Both the position numbers and the translations under genes were made by a program. A model generated the notes under the pieces. The model searched no databases. It was not told where the DNA came from and saw only the letters and a list, made by a program, of their open reading frames with translations. From Terriglobia bacterium (lineage in GTDB: Bacteria > Acidobacteriota > Terriglobia > 20CM-2-55-15), in the NCBI GenBank assembly GCA_963664115.2, contig CAXWPJ010000010.1, positions 256,001 to 320,000 of the forward strand: a DNA stretch of 64,000 bases, read 5' to 3'. Numbering within the stretch: the stretch's first letter is position 1; each line of letters begins with the position of its first letter. Positions 29,551 to 38,902 of this stretch are shown here, piece by piece.

Positions 29551-29687
29551 CATAGAGTTACTCGACGACGTCGCGCCTCAACACCGCTGTTGCCAACTTT
29601 CCTCAACTATATCCGTGACGGCATAGAGTTACTCGACGACGTCGCGCCCAACACCGTGGCCAACTTCCTCAACTATATCCGTGACGG
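29551..29687. repeat. Imperfect tandem duplication (71 bp + 66 bp) at the 5' end of the cyclophilin gene
   Basis: CATAGAGTTACTCGACGACGTCGCGCC...AACTATATCCGTGACGG occurs twice; the first copy has 5 extra bases. Confidence 0.9.
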
Positions 29688-31863
29688 CGATTATGACGGC
29701 ACGTTTTTCCACCGCGCGATTCCAGATTTTGTTCTTCAAGGAGGCGGTTTCAGTCTGGGGTCCGATGGCGTACTGTCTGAAGTCACCTCAGATCCTCCGG
29801 TTAACAATGAATTCCGTCTCTCGAATATCCGTGGAACCGTTGCAATGGCTAAACTCGGGGGAAATCCCAACAGCGCAACCAATCAATGGTTTATCAACCT
29901 CGTCGATAATTCCGCAATTTTGGACGCTCAGAACGGTGGATTCACCGTGTTCGCTCGCGTGATTGGCGACGGCATGGACGTCGTCGATGCGATCGTGGCA
30001 CAGCCGATATTTGATTTTGGCGACACTTTTACGGACACCCCGACGATTAACTATTCTCAAGGTGATACTGTCCTGCGTGAAAATTTTGTAAACATAAACA
30101 GCATGACGGTCATCGAAACTACTTTGACGTCAACGGGCACAGCCACACCGGCGTCTGTGCGAACCGGAGCATCCGTGCTGTTCACAGTGACCGTCACACC
30201 CGGCACAAACCCTGCAAGCACAGGTATCACCGTCACGGCCGACCTGACTTCGATTGGAGGATCCACCGCACAGGCGCTGTTCGACGACGGCACAAACGGC
30301 GACGTCACAGCGGGAGATAACGTCTTCTCCTTTCTGGCGAACGTGCCAAGTGGCGTCACCTCTGGCGACCAGTCGATCAGTGTCAGCGTGAGCGATGCAA
30401 TTTCCCGCAGCGGAACGACGTCGGTCGCTCTAACGGTGTCGGCGGGTCAGACGTTCTCCATCACCGACAGGGCTGCGGTTTCTCTCTCTTCCGAGGGTGC
30501 GTCAGCAACTCCTGTCTTCGGATATGGGCACGTGGAAGCCGACGACGGGATGACCCCACCGGCGGGGCTGGCGATGTTGAGACTACGTGTTGGAGAAGTG
30601 CTCGTCACCGAGGCTGCCATGTCAGCGGCTCTCCCAATCAAGAGAAGCCGAATCTATGCCGAGGTGGATGGCTCAGAAAACGCCGCGGTGGTCATTAACA
30701 ACCCTAACGACGAGACAGCCTCCGTTTCTTTTTTCTTTACCGACAGCGAGGGTAATGACTTCGGGGGGGGCGACTTTCCGATTGGGGCAAATGAACAGAT
30801 GATCGGGTTGCTCGATCAAGCTCCCTTTAACGGACCTTCATCCTTGAATGGAACCTTGACGCTTGACGCTTCACTCACAGTCTCTGTCATCGCCGTGCGT
30901 GTCCTCGTCAATGAGCGTGAGGAGTTCTTGCTGACGCCCTTGCCAATAGTCGACCTGGACAGCCCCGGCTCCGAAGACGGGATCTTGTTCCCTCTGTTTA
31001 CGGCTAACGGAGGTTGGAGCAGCCAAGTCGTGCTTGTGAATCCAACAGACACTACTTTAACGGGCACCGTTGAGTTCAAGATTCTGGGCGGCGGGGAAAC
31101 GGCCGTCACGGTCGATAGTGTCGCCGGGACTTCTTTTAACTACTCGATCTCTCCGCGATCATCCCAGAACATGGCGGTGTCTAATGTGTCTCCTTCCCTT
31201 ACCCTGGGGTGGGTGGAGGTCACACCTACAGGTAGCAGCACACCTTCTGGAACAACGATAATTTCCTTTAGCGATGGAGCAGTCACGTTGTCAGAGGCAG
31301 GTGTGCCCGCCGTCCCCGCCGGAAACGCATTTCGACTTTATTCGGAGGTGTCGGGGGATTTTTTCGCTGGTGAATTGGGAGCTATTCAAACCTTCCTGAG
31401 CATAGCGAATGTTTCATCGGATACAGCCACGATCACTATTCAGCCCTATGGACTGGACGGGACATCAGTCGGACTAACCGGCACTCTTCTACTTCCCGAA
31501 AACGGTCAGGCGGCGGTGTTCCTGAATCAGGTGCCCGGTCTTGAAGCACTCCCGATACCGTTCCTGGGTGTTCTGCGTGTTTTGAGCACAACATCCATTT
31601 CTGTGACCGGGGTTCAAGCGCGTTTTAACGAACGCTTTGAGTTTTTGTTTACCGCCACTGGGCCTGTGGATGAAACGGCACCCGAAATAACCTCTGATGT
31701 GTTCTTCCCTTTCTTGGCTGACGGCGGCGGTTGGAGCAGCGAGTTCGTCTTATTTAGTGGTGCGGAAGGCCAGGATTCGTCGGGGAGGCTGAGATTCATC
31801 GATTCGAACGGGGACGCTCTCGATCTGTCGGTGTCTTCGACTTCGCCTCAAACAACACCCTGA
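29590..31863 (+). CDS. Cyclophilin-type PPIase fused to beta-rich extracellular domains (5' end disrupted)
   Basis: APNTVANFLNY, FFHR.IPDFVLQGGGF, RGTVAMAK, SATNQWFINL, FTVF; then LFDDGTNGD..AGDNVFS and repeated FP..A.GGGWSS domains. Confidence 0.8.
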   Translation: MPTFLNYIRDGIELLDDVAPNTVANFLNYIRDGDYDGTFFHRAIPDFVLQGGGFSLGSDGVLSEVTSDPPVNNEFRLSNIRGTVAMAKLGGNPNSATNQWFINLVDNSAILDAQNGGFTVFARVIGDGMDVVDAIVAQPIFDFGDTFTDTPTINYSQGDTVLRENFVNINSMTVIETTLTSTGTATPASVRTGASVLFTVTVTPGTNPASTGITVTADLTSIGGSTAQALFDDGTNGDVTAGDNVFSFLANVPSGVTSGDQSISVSVSDAISRSGTTSVALTVSAGQTFSITDRAAVSLSSEGASATPVFGYGHVEADDGMTPPAGLAMLRLRVGEVLVTEAAMSAALPIKRSRIYAEVDGSENAAVVINNPNDETASVSFFFTDSEGNDFGGGDFPIGANEQMIGLLDQAPFNGPSSLNGTLTLDASLTVSVIAVRVLVNEREEFLLTPLPIVDLDSPGSEDGILFPLFTANGGWSSQVVLVNPTDTTLTGTVEFKILGGGETAVTVDSVAGTSFNYSISPRSSQNMAVSNVSPSLTLGWVEVTPTGSSTPSGTTIISFSDGAVTLSEAGVPAVPAGNAFRLYSEVSGDFFAGELGAIQTFLSIANVSSDTATITIQPYGLDGTSVGLTGTLLLPENGQAAVFLNQVPGLEALPIPFLGVLRVLSTTSISVTGVQARFNERFEFLFTATGPVDETAPEITSDVFFPFLADGGGWSSEFVLFSGAEGQDSSGRLRFIDSNGDALDLSVSSTSPQTTP

Positions 31864-31896
31864 ATACTGGTTCCTGCTGCAAATTCCAGCGTGGGA

Positions 31897-31912
31897 GGGG
31901 GCGGCGGCCCCC
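31897..31912. terminator. GC hairpin between convergent genes
   Basis: GGGGGC-GGCG-GCCCCC; no clear U tract. Confidence 0.4.
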
Positions 31913-31918
31913 CCGACG

Positions 31919-32359
31919 CTAATTAACGACCGTGATCGGTCCAGGTGCCGGACGGTCGACGCCCTCGACGACGTCCAGTCCTTCTCCTATCCAATCGCGG
32001 ATTCCGCAGAACTGGCCGGCGTTGTACCCGGCGTCGGTAAACATCTGTGCAGCGCGCGACGCGCGCCCGCCTGAGCCTCAGTAAAAAACCAGTTCGATAT
32101 CCTTCGGGATGTCGGCCATCCGGGCTTCGAGCTCACCCATCGGGATGTGAATCGCGCTTTTGATCGCGCCATTGGCTTCGAGCTCCCAGTCTTCGCGGAC
32201 ATCAATCAGGAGAAAGGTATCCCCGCTTTCGAGCTTGTCTTTGAGAGTGGGGATTGCAATGCGTTCGATATCGGCACTTTGCTGGGCCTGGGCAAGACCG
32301 GCGACACCGACTATCGCGATCCACACCGCCCCAAGGACTCCAATCCATCGCTGCGACAT
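31919..32359 (-). CDS. Secreted rhodanese-domain selenoprotein (Sec at codon 94; 146 aa)
   Basis: GAGGAGG RBS, signal peptide, LLIDVRE..E...GAI..AIHIP; active loop VFY-TGA-GSGGRAS; frame stays open 52 more codons (AAQMFTDAGY...GIRDW..EGL) to TAG 31919-31921. Confidence 0.85.
32049..32070 (-). promoter_or_regulatory. Candidate bacterial SECIS hairpin
   Basis: GCGG-GCGCGC-GUC-GCGCGC-UGC; apical loop starts with GU, 17 nt after the UGA. Confidence 0.6.
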
Positions 32360-32539
32360 TCTTGACCCTCCTCGATTGTTATTCGACACTCTGAACACCG
32401 GCATTATAGCGAGATTCGACGGACCTACAAACAAGTCGTCGACTCCATAGGATATTTGTCTGACAATAACGAGGATCAAAGAAAGACCGATTTCCGGATG
32501 ATCGTTGGCTCGTACTACAGACTCACATTGGACCACACT

Positions 32540-33430
32540 ATGAAACGACACTATGTAGCCACTATTGACGCGAGCCGGTTCCAGACACCGGAACACTACA
32601 AATCCCACTCTTCAGGATATACACGCCTCGCTCTCATTGACCACACGATCGATCCGTCGTCCGTACATATGGAACTGGCTCTTGCCGAAATCGAACCCGG
32701 CGGGCATCTCGATCCTGTCGCGCACGCCTTCGAAAAAGGATTCTATGTGCTGGCTGGGACCGTCATCGCTGAAATAGACGGCCGCACCGCGGCGCTGCCC
32801 CCGGATCATTACGGTCTCATCCCTTTAGGCGTGACGTATGCAATGGTCAACGCGGGATCGGAACCGGCGCGTCTCCTGGAAATGATCGCGCCACAAACGA
32901 AGCCGGCCGATGACATGTTCAAGGACACCTACTTTCACAAGGATGGCGTTGGGCCGACCTCGGGCACGGTAGCTGACCTGTCCGACCCGCGCGTGTCAAA
33001 GTACCTGGGCAAGTTCGAGGAGTCGCAGTTGCCTGAATCGGGAGAAATAGCGGCCGTGGGAGCCCGCAGCGGGTCGATCACCGGCGTCGCCATCAAAGAA
33101 ATGATCGACCGCATGCTGGGCGCCGAGCACATGGCTATGTTCATGGTGCAGTTTCGTCCCGGAGGCATCGGCACCCAGCACGATCATGCGTTTGAGGAAT
33201 CTTACTTCTTCCTCTCAGGTGAGGCAGAAGCGGTATTGAACGGGACAACGTATCGCGTCAAGGCAGGAGACATCGTGTGGACAGGCGTCGGTTGCATGCA
33301 CAGCTTTGAGAATGTCGGAGATAAACCGGTGCGATGGATCGAGACACAGGCGCCCCTGCCGACCCAGACAGAGGCCTTTCGTTTCCGGCGTGAATGGGAA
33401 CCGGTCGCCAGGAAGATTGAGCAGTCTTAA
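32540..33430 (+). CDS. Bicupin domain protein
   Basis: Two cupin motifs: HAFEKGFYVLAG and HDHAFEESYFFLSG...G..H.F.N. Start uncertain (32456 or 32540). Confidence 0.85.
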   Translation: MKRHYVATIDASRFQTPEHYKSHSSGYTRLALIDHTIDPSSVHMELALAEIEPGGHLDPVAHAFEKGFYVLAGTVIAEIDGRTAALPPDHYGLIPLGVTYAMVNAGSEPARLLEMIAPQTKPADDMFKDTYFHKDGVGPTSGTVADLSDPRVSKYLGKFEESQLPESGEIAAVGARSGSITGVAIKEMIDRMLGAEHMAMFMVQFRPGGIGTQHDHAFEESYFFLSGEAEAVLNGTTYRVKAGDIVWTGVGCMHSFENVGDKPVRWIETQAPLPTQTEAFRFRREWEPVARKIEQS

Positions 33431-33541
33431 TCGCTTTTCCACCTGCACATAACACGAGGTCGGGGGGGCCCGTTCCGTACCGTCGTCGCATCAGCAAATC
33501 GGGCCGGCTCGTCGCCGGCTGCGGCGGACCATCAGATACTG

Positions 33542-33970
33542 TCAGCCTTTGTTAACCATCCATGCGGAGAAGCTTTCGAGGAAAGCCCTGAAGCCGTCGA
33601 GGTGCTCGAGGGGGAAGTTGTATTGCTCATGCGCGCGGCTCAGCGTCTTCTCGAAACATGCGAGCCAGACCTCACGTGCCTCCGCATCGATCTCAAACGG
33701 AAGATGTCTCGCTCTCATGCGGGGCGGCCCGTACTTTTCAAAGTAGAGCGGGGGTCCTCCCATGAGCGTCACGAAGAAGGACGCCGATTTCTTCGACGCT
33801 TCCTCCATGTCGTCGGGAAAGAGATGCCGGAGCTCGGACTTCTCCAGTTCTCCGTAGAAGTCGGACATCAACCTGAAGATGTTCCCCTCGCCCATAATAT
33901 TGTAGATGTCCTTGCTGGGTCCGGGTCCCTGAGGCGGCCCACCGGGAGGCGTATAGATGATTCGGTCCAT
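33542..33970 (-). CDS. Group II truncated hemoglobin (HbO-like)
   Basis: FY, GGPPLY, PRMRARHLPFEI with proximal His, W(G8). Confidence 0.88.
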   Translation of the reverse strand: MDRIIYTPPGGPPQGPGPSKDIYNIMGEGNIFRLMSDFYGELEKSELRHLFPDDMEEASKKSASFFVTLMGGPPLYFEKYGPPRMRARHLPFEIDAEAREVWLACFEKTLSRAHEQYNFPLEHLDGFRAFLESFSAWMVNKG

Positions 33971-33993
33971 TTCGACCCTTTTGCAGTGAAGCC

Positions 33994-34024
33994 AAAACGG
34001 GCCCCCGTAGAGGCCCGTTCTTTT
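33994..34024 (-). terminator. Probable intrinsic terminator after the MBL gene
   Basis: AACGGGCC-loop-GGCCCGTT with T runs on both strands. Confidence 0.55.
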
Positions 34025-34067
34025 CTGTCATCGTGAGGCGATCAATCAGCAATCCGCTGACGGCTCT

Positions 34068-35102
34068 TTAATTACCGGAGAGTTCCCTGTACGCTCCGGC
34101 GATATTTTGCGGGCGCTGGGCTGCGAAGAACTCCCAATGGTCGTAGTCTTCGAGCCTGATACTCTCGCGTGCTTCGTCGAGACTCTGTCCCGCGGCTATC
34201 GCGGCAGCGACTTGTGCCCTCACTTCCTCGCGATACTCAAGATTGTTGGTGAAGTCTTCGTGCCGGCCCAGTTTTCCGTGGCTACAAATGAAATGATCGA
34301 AGTCCATGGCGGCCACCTGCTTGACCAATTCAATTTCGCTGGCGGTTGAAACTGCCGGGCCGAAAGGTGTCCGGTCGATCGTGACCCAGTCCGACGCGAA
34401 AAGCACGTTCGTACCGTCAACGAACCGGACGATCGTATTGTCATCGGCGTGAGCGACCGGGAAGGGGATGACCTCGACGAGTTTACCGCCCAAACGAATA
34501 TTGAGGGGTTCCGTATAGGTCAAGTCCGGAGGAACAACGTTCTTGAACGGACCACGCGTCACTTCCGCACCGCTGAGCACGCCATCTTCGTTGTCATCAT
34601 ACAAATCGAACTGTCGCCCCAGGTTTCCCATGGCTTCGGTATATTCGAGGCGGCCATTGCCGTTGGCGTCCTGTTCCCGGAACCGTTCCGGGAGCGCTGT
34701 ATTCGCTGGCGGCATTTCCAGATGCCCGATCATGTTCTCGTGGCCGATCAATCGCGCGGTATCCGCCCATATGGCGGCACCGGAGCCGTGGTCATAGTGG
34801 TGATGGCTGTAAATGACATACTTCACCGGCACATCGAATCTCTCTGTCAATTCGCCCTTGAGCCAGCGCGCCATGTCCAGGCCGATCGGTTCAACGAGAA
34901 TGATGCCGTCGGGGGTGACCATGAAGACCGAGACGTAATCGTCCTGCCGTGCGTAATAAACGTCACCCGTCAAATTCCCGATCTCTCGTCCCTGGTACTG
35001 GGTCTGCTGAACGAGGCGGCGATCCTGAGCGCCGGCCGACGGCGTGAGCAGTGTCAGGGCCAAACACCCGACAAGTAAAACTACTAAGCAACTACCCTTC
35101 AT
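34068..35102 (-). CDS. Secreted metallo-beta-lactamase-fold protein with an EF-hand insertion
   Basis: SHHHYDH, H.DD, ICSHG; DANGNGRLEYTE and DDNEDGVLSGAE loops. Confidence 0.85.
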   Translation of the reverse strand: MKGSCLVVLLVGCLALTLLTPSAGAQDRRLVQQTQYQGREIGNLTGDVYYARQDDYVSVFMVTPDGIILVEPIGLDMARWLKGELTERFDVPVKYVIYSHHHYDHGSGAAIWADTARLIGHENMIGHLEMPPANTALPERFREQDANGNGRLEYTEAMGNLGRQFDLYDDNEDGVLSGAEVTRGPFKNVVPPDLTYTEPLNIRLGGKLVEVIPFPVAHADDNTIVRFVDGTNVLFASDWVTIDRTPFGPAVSTASEIELVKQVAAMDFDHFICSHGKLGRHEDFTNNLEYREEVRAQVAAAIAAGQSLDEARESIRLEDYDHWEFFAAQRPQNIAGAYRELSGN

Positions 35103-35250
35103 ATCGTCTCCTGTTTGAATCGATTGTCTTTGCGCTTCGTCATCCGGCTTCCCCGCCGCAACCTGAGATACTACCTCAATACGCTATGGGCAGCGCCTCT
35201 CCTAATTTCTGATCTGTTTCTTCAGAGCCGTCTGCACCATCACGGCACTC

Positions 35251-36318
35251 TCAAGGAGAACTCCGCATTTCTCTGAGCCGGGCCAACTCCTGTCCATAGG
35301 CAATCGCAGCCTCTATGAGCGTGTCGACGATAGCCAGAGGCTCCGTTTCCCCGGCCCCGTCGGGGAAAACACCCGAAACTTCCTCCATGGCTGGAGCGTA
35401 TTCCCGCATGAAATCGAGCCACCCGTCGAGGGCAGAAAGATTCTCGTTCCGCGGAGTATCACCATCAGCAGACACCGCAAGCGCGTCGATCTCAGCCCTG
35501 GCGGGCTCTCTGCTGCCTGAATCCGCCAGCTGCACGAGGGCAGCTTCGGCGCGCTCCACACTGCCGCGGCCGGCGTAGGCGCGCGCAACCTCACGCAATG
35601 CATCGTCACGAGCGCTTCGGTCAGCATTGATCGCACCGGCCGTATTGAGAGCGTCCTCGAGATCTCCAGCCGCCAGCTGTACCTGCAGAATTCTTTGGAG
35701 CACATCCGTTCTTTCCTGCTCCCCCTGCCCTGGGGCGCAGCGCACACAGAAACCCGGAATTTCGTCTGCGGTCATCAGCGCCTGGGGAGCCATCACCCGG
35801 GACCGCGCTTGAGCTTGAGCGATTCGGTCATACGCTGTCATCCGGTCGTTTGGACCGCCGGAATCCGCCTGGAGTTCTGTGGCACGCTTAGCGCTCTGGA
35901 ACAAGTCCGCCAAGCGAGAGAAGGCCGCACTGTCGAGGTCCCCGATTCGAACCTTCGTCTGCAGGACGTTGGGGGCTTCGGGCGCGGCCGCCACATAAGT
36001 GCTCAGCCAGCCCATCGCCAGGAGTTCGTTGAAAGCTGAGAAATCATAGGAGAGTGCCAGATTATAAACAATGGCCGGAGCTGTGGGTGCAGCCGCCTGG
36101 ACCACAACCAGGTTGCGGATTGCCGCGTCCCAGTCCCCCTGGCGGAAGGCATCGAGCCCTCGATCCCAAGAAGCCCGCGCATCCTCGGGCAAGTCCTCGG
36201 GAATCTGCGCGAAACCGGAGTTCCACCCTAGAAAAACCAGCATGACAAGCGCTCCCAAGCTATACCATCGGCTGGATGCGACAGTCGCGTTCGCGTAACG
36301 AACCGTTTCTAGCTGCAT
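35251..36318 (-). CDS. Secreted TPR-like helical repeat protein
   Basis: Signal segment; G..AF..GDW..A, YNLAL.Y; Ala-rich helical repeats. Confidence 0.65.
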   Translation of the reverse strand: MQLETVRYANATVASSRWYSLGALVMLVFLGWNSGFAQIPEDLPEDARASWDRGLDAFRQGDWDAAIRNLVVVQAAAPTAPAIVYNLALSYDFSAFNELLAMGWLSTYVAAAPEAPNVLQTKVRIGDLDSAAFSRLADLFQSAKRATELQADSGGPNDRMTAYDRIAQAQARSRVMAPQALMTADEIPGFCVRCAPGQGEQERTDVLQRILQVQLAAGDLEDALNTAGAINADRSARDDALREVARAYAGRGSVERAEAALVQLADSGSREPARAEIDALAVSADGDTPRNENLSALDGWLDFMREYAPAMEEVSGVFPDGAGETEPLAIVDTLIEAAIAYGQELARLREMRSSP

Positions 36319-36538
36319 GGCCTCTCTTAACGCCTCGAACTCAGCTGCCGGACGTAGCTGACCTCATGGCTTGCTACCGCGTAGTGGGGTTGTTTCAACC
36401 GTAGATGCAGTCTGAGAGCGCACCCACAACAGTAGGATGGCGATCCATTGTGAAATGACCGACTACGGTTACGGCTATGAATTGTTGAAGGTACCCCCAC
36501 GCGCGCTCGTGGGTCAAGCACTCCAAATTGGGGGAGGG

Positions 36539-36642
36539 GGAAGGGGCGGACACTTCATGCGACATTGTGGCCCGGCAAGTGTATTTCGGCTGAAGTTTCC
36601 GTCCCTTCAGCACTCTGTCGCATGAAGTGTCCGTCCCCTTCC
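36539..36642. repeat. REP-like inverted repeat doublet
   Basis: GGAAGGGG(A)CGGACACTTCATGCGACA arms of 26/27 bp around a 51-bp spacer. Confidence 0.85.
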
Positions 36643-36688
36643 GCGTAATTGACGTCTTCGGCCGGGAACATCGCTGTAAAATGAATTC

Positions 36689-37492
36689 ATGCGCCCAAGC
36701 GCTCGTTCACTCAGATTCCTGGTCGGGGCCGGCCTTCTGCTTGCGCCTGTCGCGTCGGTAGCGCGACAGACCCCGCAGATACGAGAAAAAACGCACCTTG
36801 AGGAAGTCGAACAACTGCTTTTTGACCACGTGAACGCGGAGCGTGTGCGCGAGGGACTTAATCCACTGCGGACCGAACTCATCCTCGTCGAAATTGCCCG
36901 TAGCCACACACTGGACATGTTGGAACGGGAGTTCTTCGATCATGAGAATCCCGACGGTCAAGGGCCGGCGGCGCGCGTTGGCCGCTTACATCGGACGCTT
37001 GTCGGCGAGGTTTCGGAAAATGTCTGGACCGAAATCCGGTCGGAAGCTATAGACCCGGCTGCAATGGCGAAAAACATCATGGAGGGACTGATGAATAGTC
37101 CCGGACATCGAAGAAACATACTGACGCCTGCTCTGACCCATTTGGGGCTCGGGGTTTACTCTTCGAGTGGACTGGCCGTGATGACGACCGAATTCATGGT
37201 GACGCAACTCTTCGGGGCGGTCCGGAGTTATTTAGAGGAACCCCTTCCAGAAAGCCTTTTGCTCAACCAGGTCGTGCGTTTCAGATTGCGGGATCTGGCG
37301 AGCGATCGTACAGACGCTGAGTACTACGACCTGTGGTCCCCGGAGGAGCAGCGCCCGGTCATCGGACCCACCCCTATAGGCCGGTCGAGGTTGGAGGTCT
37401 CTGCTGGAACCTTTCAGTTGCGCTTCCTCTACCCGAGCTCCCAGCAGGGCCAGTTCGATGCCGTCTCCGCACCCTACGTCACGGTTCGTTAG
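36689..37492 (+). CDS. CAP/SCP domain secreted protein
   Basis: VNAER...GL, AR.H..DM...FFDH, EN, MNSPGHRRNIL, TQLF. Confidence 0.9.
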   Translation: MRPSARSLRFLVGAGLLLAPVASVARQTPQIREKTHLEEVEQLLFDHVNAERVREGLNPLRTELILVEIARSHTLDMLEREFFDHENPDGQGPAARVGRLHRTLVGEVSENVWTEIRSEAIDPAAMAKNIMEGLMNSPGHRRNILTPALTHLGLGVYSSSGLAVMTTEFMVTQLFGAVRSYLEEPLPESLLLNQVVRFRLRDLASDRTDAEYYDLWSPEEQRPVIGPTPIGRSRLEVSAGTFQLRFLYPSSQQGQFDAVSAPYVTVR

Positions 37493-37720
37493 TGTCCTCG
37501 GATCGACGTTCTCCATATAAGATTTCGCGCTAGCGGGATTAGTCCCGGTTATCAATAACATCCGGACGTGTTTTCTGAAAAATCATCGGGGCTTTCGAAA
37601 ATTCTAACAACCGGATAGACTCCTATGTTCCGTCCAACACCTCGGACGAGATCCCCATTGGAGATGGAGGCGCCGATCCGGTCGGTTGCTTCTCATAAAA
37701 CAGTTCAAGGAGAAAGTCTG

Positions 37721-38869
37721 GTGAGTGAATCACGACGATTATTTACTTCGGAGTCTGTGACCGAAGGACACCCGGACAAGATGGCCGACCAGATTTCGGA
37801 TGCGATCCTGGATCAGGTGATGGCAGAGGACCCCATGGGTCGCGTCGCCTGCGAAACGATGGTAGCCACCGGATATGCCCTGGTGGCTGGAGAGATTACG
37901 ACGAAGTGCTTTATCGATTATGAACACCTGGTGCGTGACACCGTTGAAAGTATCGGTTACGTAGATGCCGCAACCGGATTCGATTCGAAAACGTGCGCCG
38001 TCATGTCGGCCGTTGGGCGTCAGTCACCGGACATTGCCATGGGCGTGGATACTGGAGGGGCGGGAGACCAGGGGATGATGTTCGGCTATGCCACCGACGA
38101 GTCACCCGAATTGATGCCAACCCCTATTCTCCTGGCCCACAAGCTCACCGCCAAGCTCGCTGAAATTCGAAAGTCCGGCCTGCTTCCCTTCCTGAGACCC
38201 GACGGGAAATCGCAGGTCACTGTGGAATATGACGGCGAAACCCCCAAGCGCGTCGACACCGTCGTTATATCGACCCAGCACAATCCGGAAGCGACGTCGA
38301 ACCAGATTCGGGAAGAAATCATCACACACGTTATTAAGACTGTTATCCCGGCCGAGTTGCTCGATTCGGCGACTACATATCACGTGAATCCCACGGGACG
38401 TTTTGTCGTCGGCGGTCCCCAGGGTGACTGCGGCCTGACGGGGCGCAAGATAATCGTCGACACCTACGGTGGGATGGGCCGGCACGGCGGAGGCGCATTC
38501 TCTGGAAAAGATCCGACGAAAGTTGACCGATCGGCCTGTTACATGTCCCGCTACGTAGCCAAGAACGTCGTCGCGGCAGGACTCGCACGGCGGATAGAAA
38601 TTCAGCTCGCATATGCGATCGGCGTCGCCGAGCCCGTATCTGTCCTCGTGGACTCCTTTGGAACCGGCAAACTACCGGACTCCAAGATCTCCGAACTGGT
38701 CCGGGACAATTTCCAACTGACTCCGCGCGGTATCATCGAGTCGCTCGACCTGCGGCGGCCCATTTACCGGAAAACCGCTTCCTATGGACACTTCGGGCGG
38801 GAAGATGCCGACTTCACATGGGAAGCCCGCGACAGGGCGGACGCTCTAAAGCAGGAAGCGAATCTGTAA
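37721..38869 (+). CDS. metK: S-adenosylmethionine synthetase
   Basis: [37 protein letters not shown] start after AAGGAG. Confidence 0.98.
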   Translation: MSESRRLFTSESVTEGHPDKMADQISDAILDQVMAEDPMGRVACETMVATGYALVAGEITTKCFIDYEHLVRDTVESIGYVDAATGFDSKTCAVMSAVGRQSPDIAMGVDTGGAGDQGMMFGYATDESPELMPTPILLAHKLTAKLAEIRKSGLLPFLRPDGKSQVTVEYDGETPKRVDTVVISTQHNPEATSNQIREEIITHVIKTVIPAELLDSATTYHVNPTGRFVVGGPQGDCGLTGRKIIVDTYGGMGRHGGGAFSGKDPTKVDRSACYMSRYVAKNVVAAGLARRIEIQLAYAIGVAEPVSVLVDSFGTGKLPDSKISELVRDNFQLTPRGIIESLDLRRPIYRKTASYGHFGREDADFTWEARDRADALKQEANL

Positions 38870-38870
38870 G

Positions 38871-38901
38871 AGGGGACGGACACGTCCCTTTGCCGTCCCC
38901 T
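38871..38901. terminator. REP-like hairpin/terminator between convergent genes
   Basis: AGGGGACGG...CCGTCCCCT, same end motif as 36539-36642. Confidence 0.6.
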
Positions 38902-38902
38902 T

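Noticed and set aside
32360-32608. N-terminal extension of the rhodanese ORF to 32608
   Set aside because: It overlaps the divergent cupin gene, and a strong RBS plus signal peptide start at 32359.
37493-37720. SAM riboswitch upstream of metK
   Set aside because: TTATCAA is present, but the SAM-I core (AGAG, GAGGGA..GGCCC, GCAACC, GTGC) is not, and no other SAM class was recognisable by eye.
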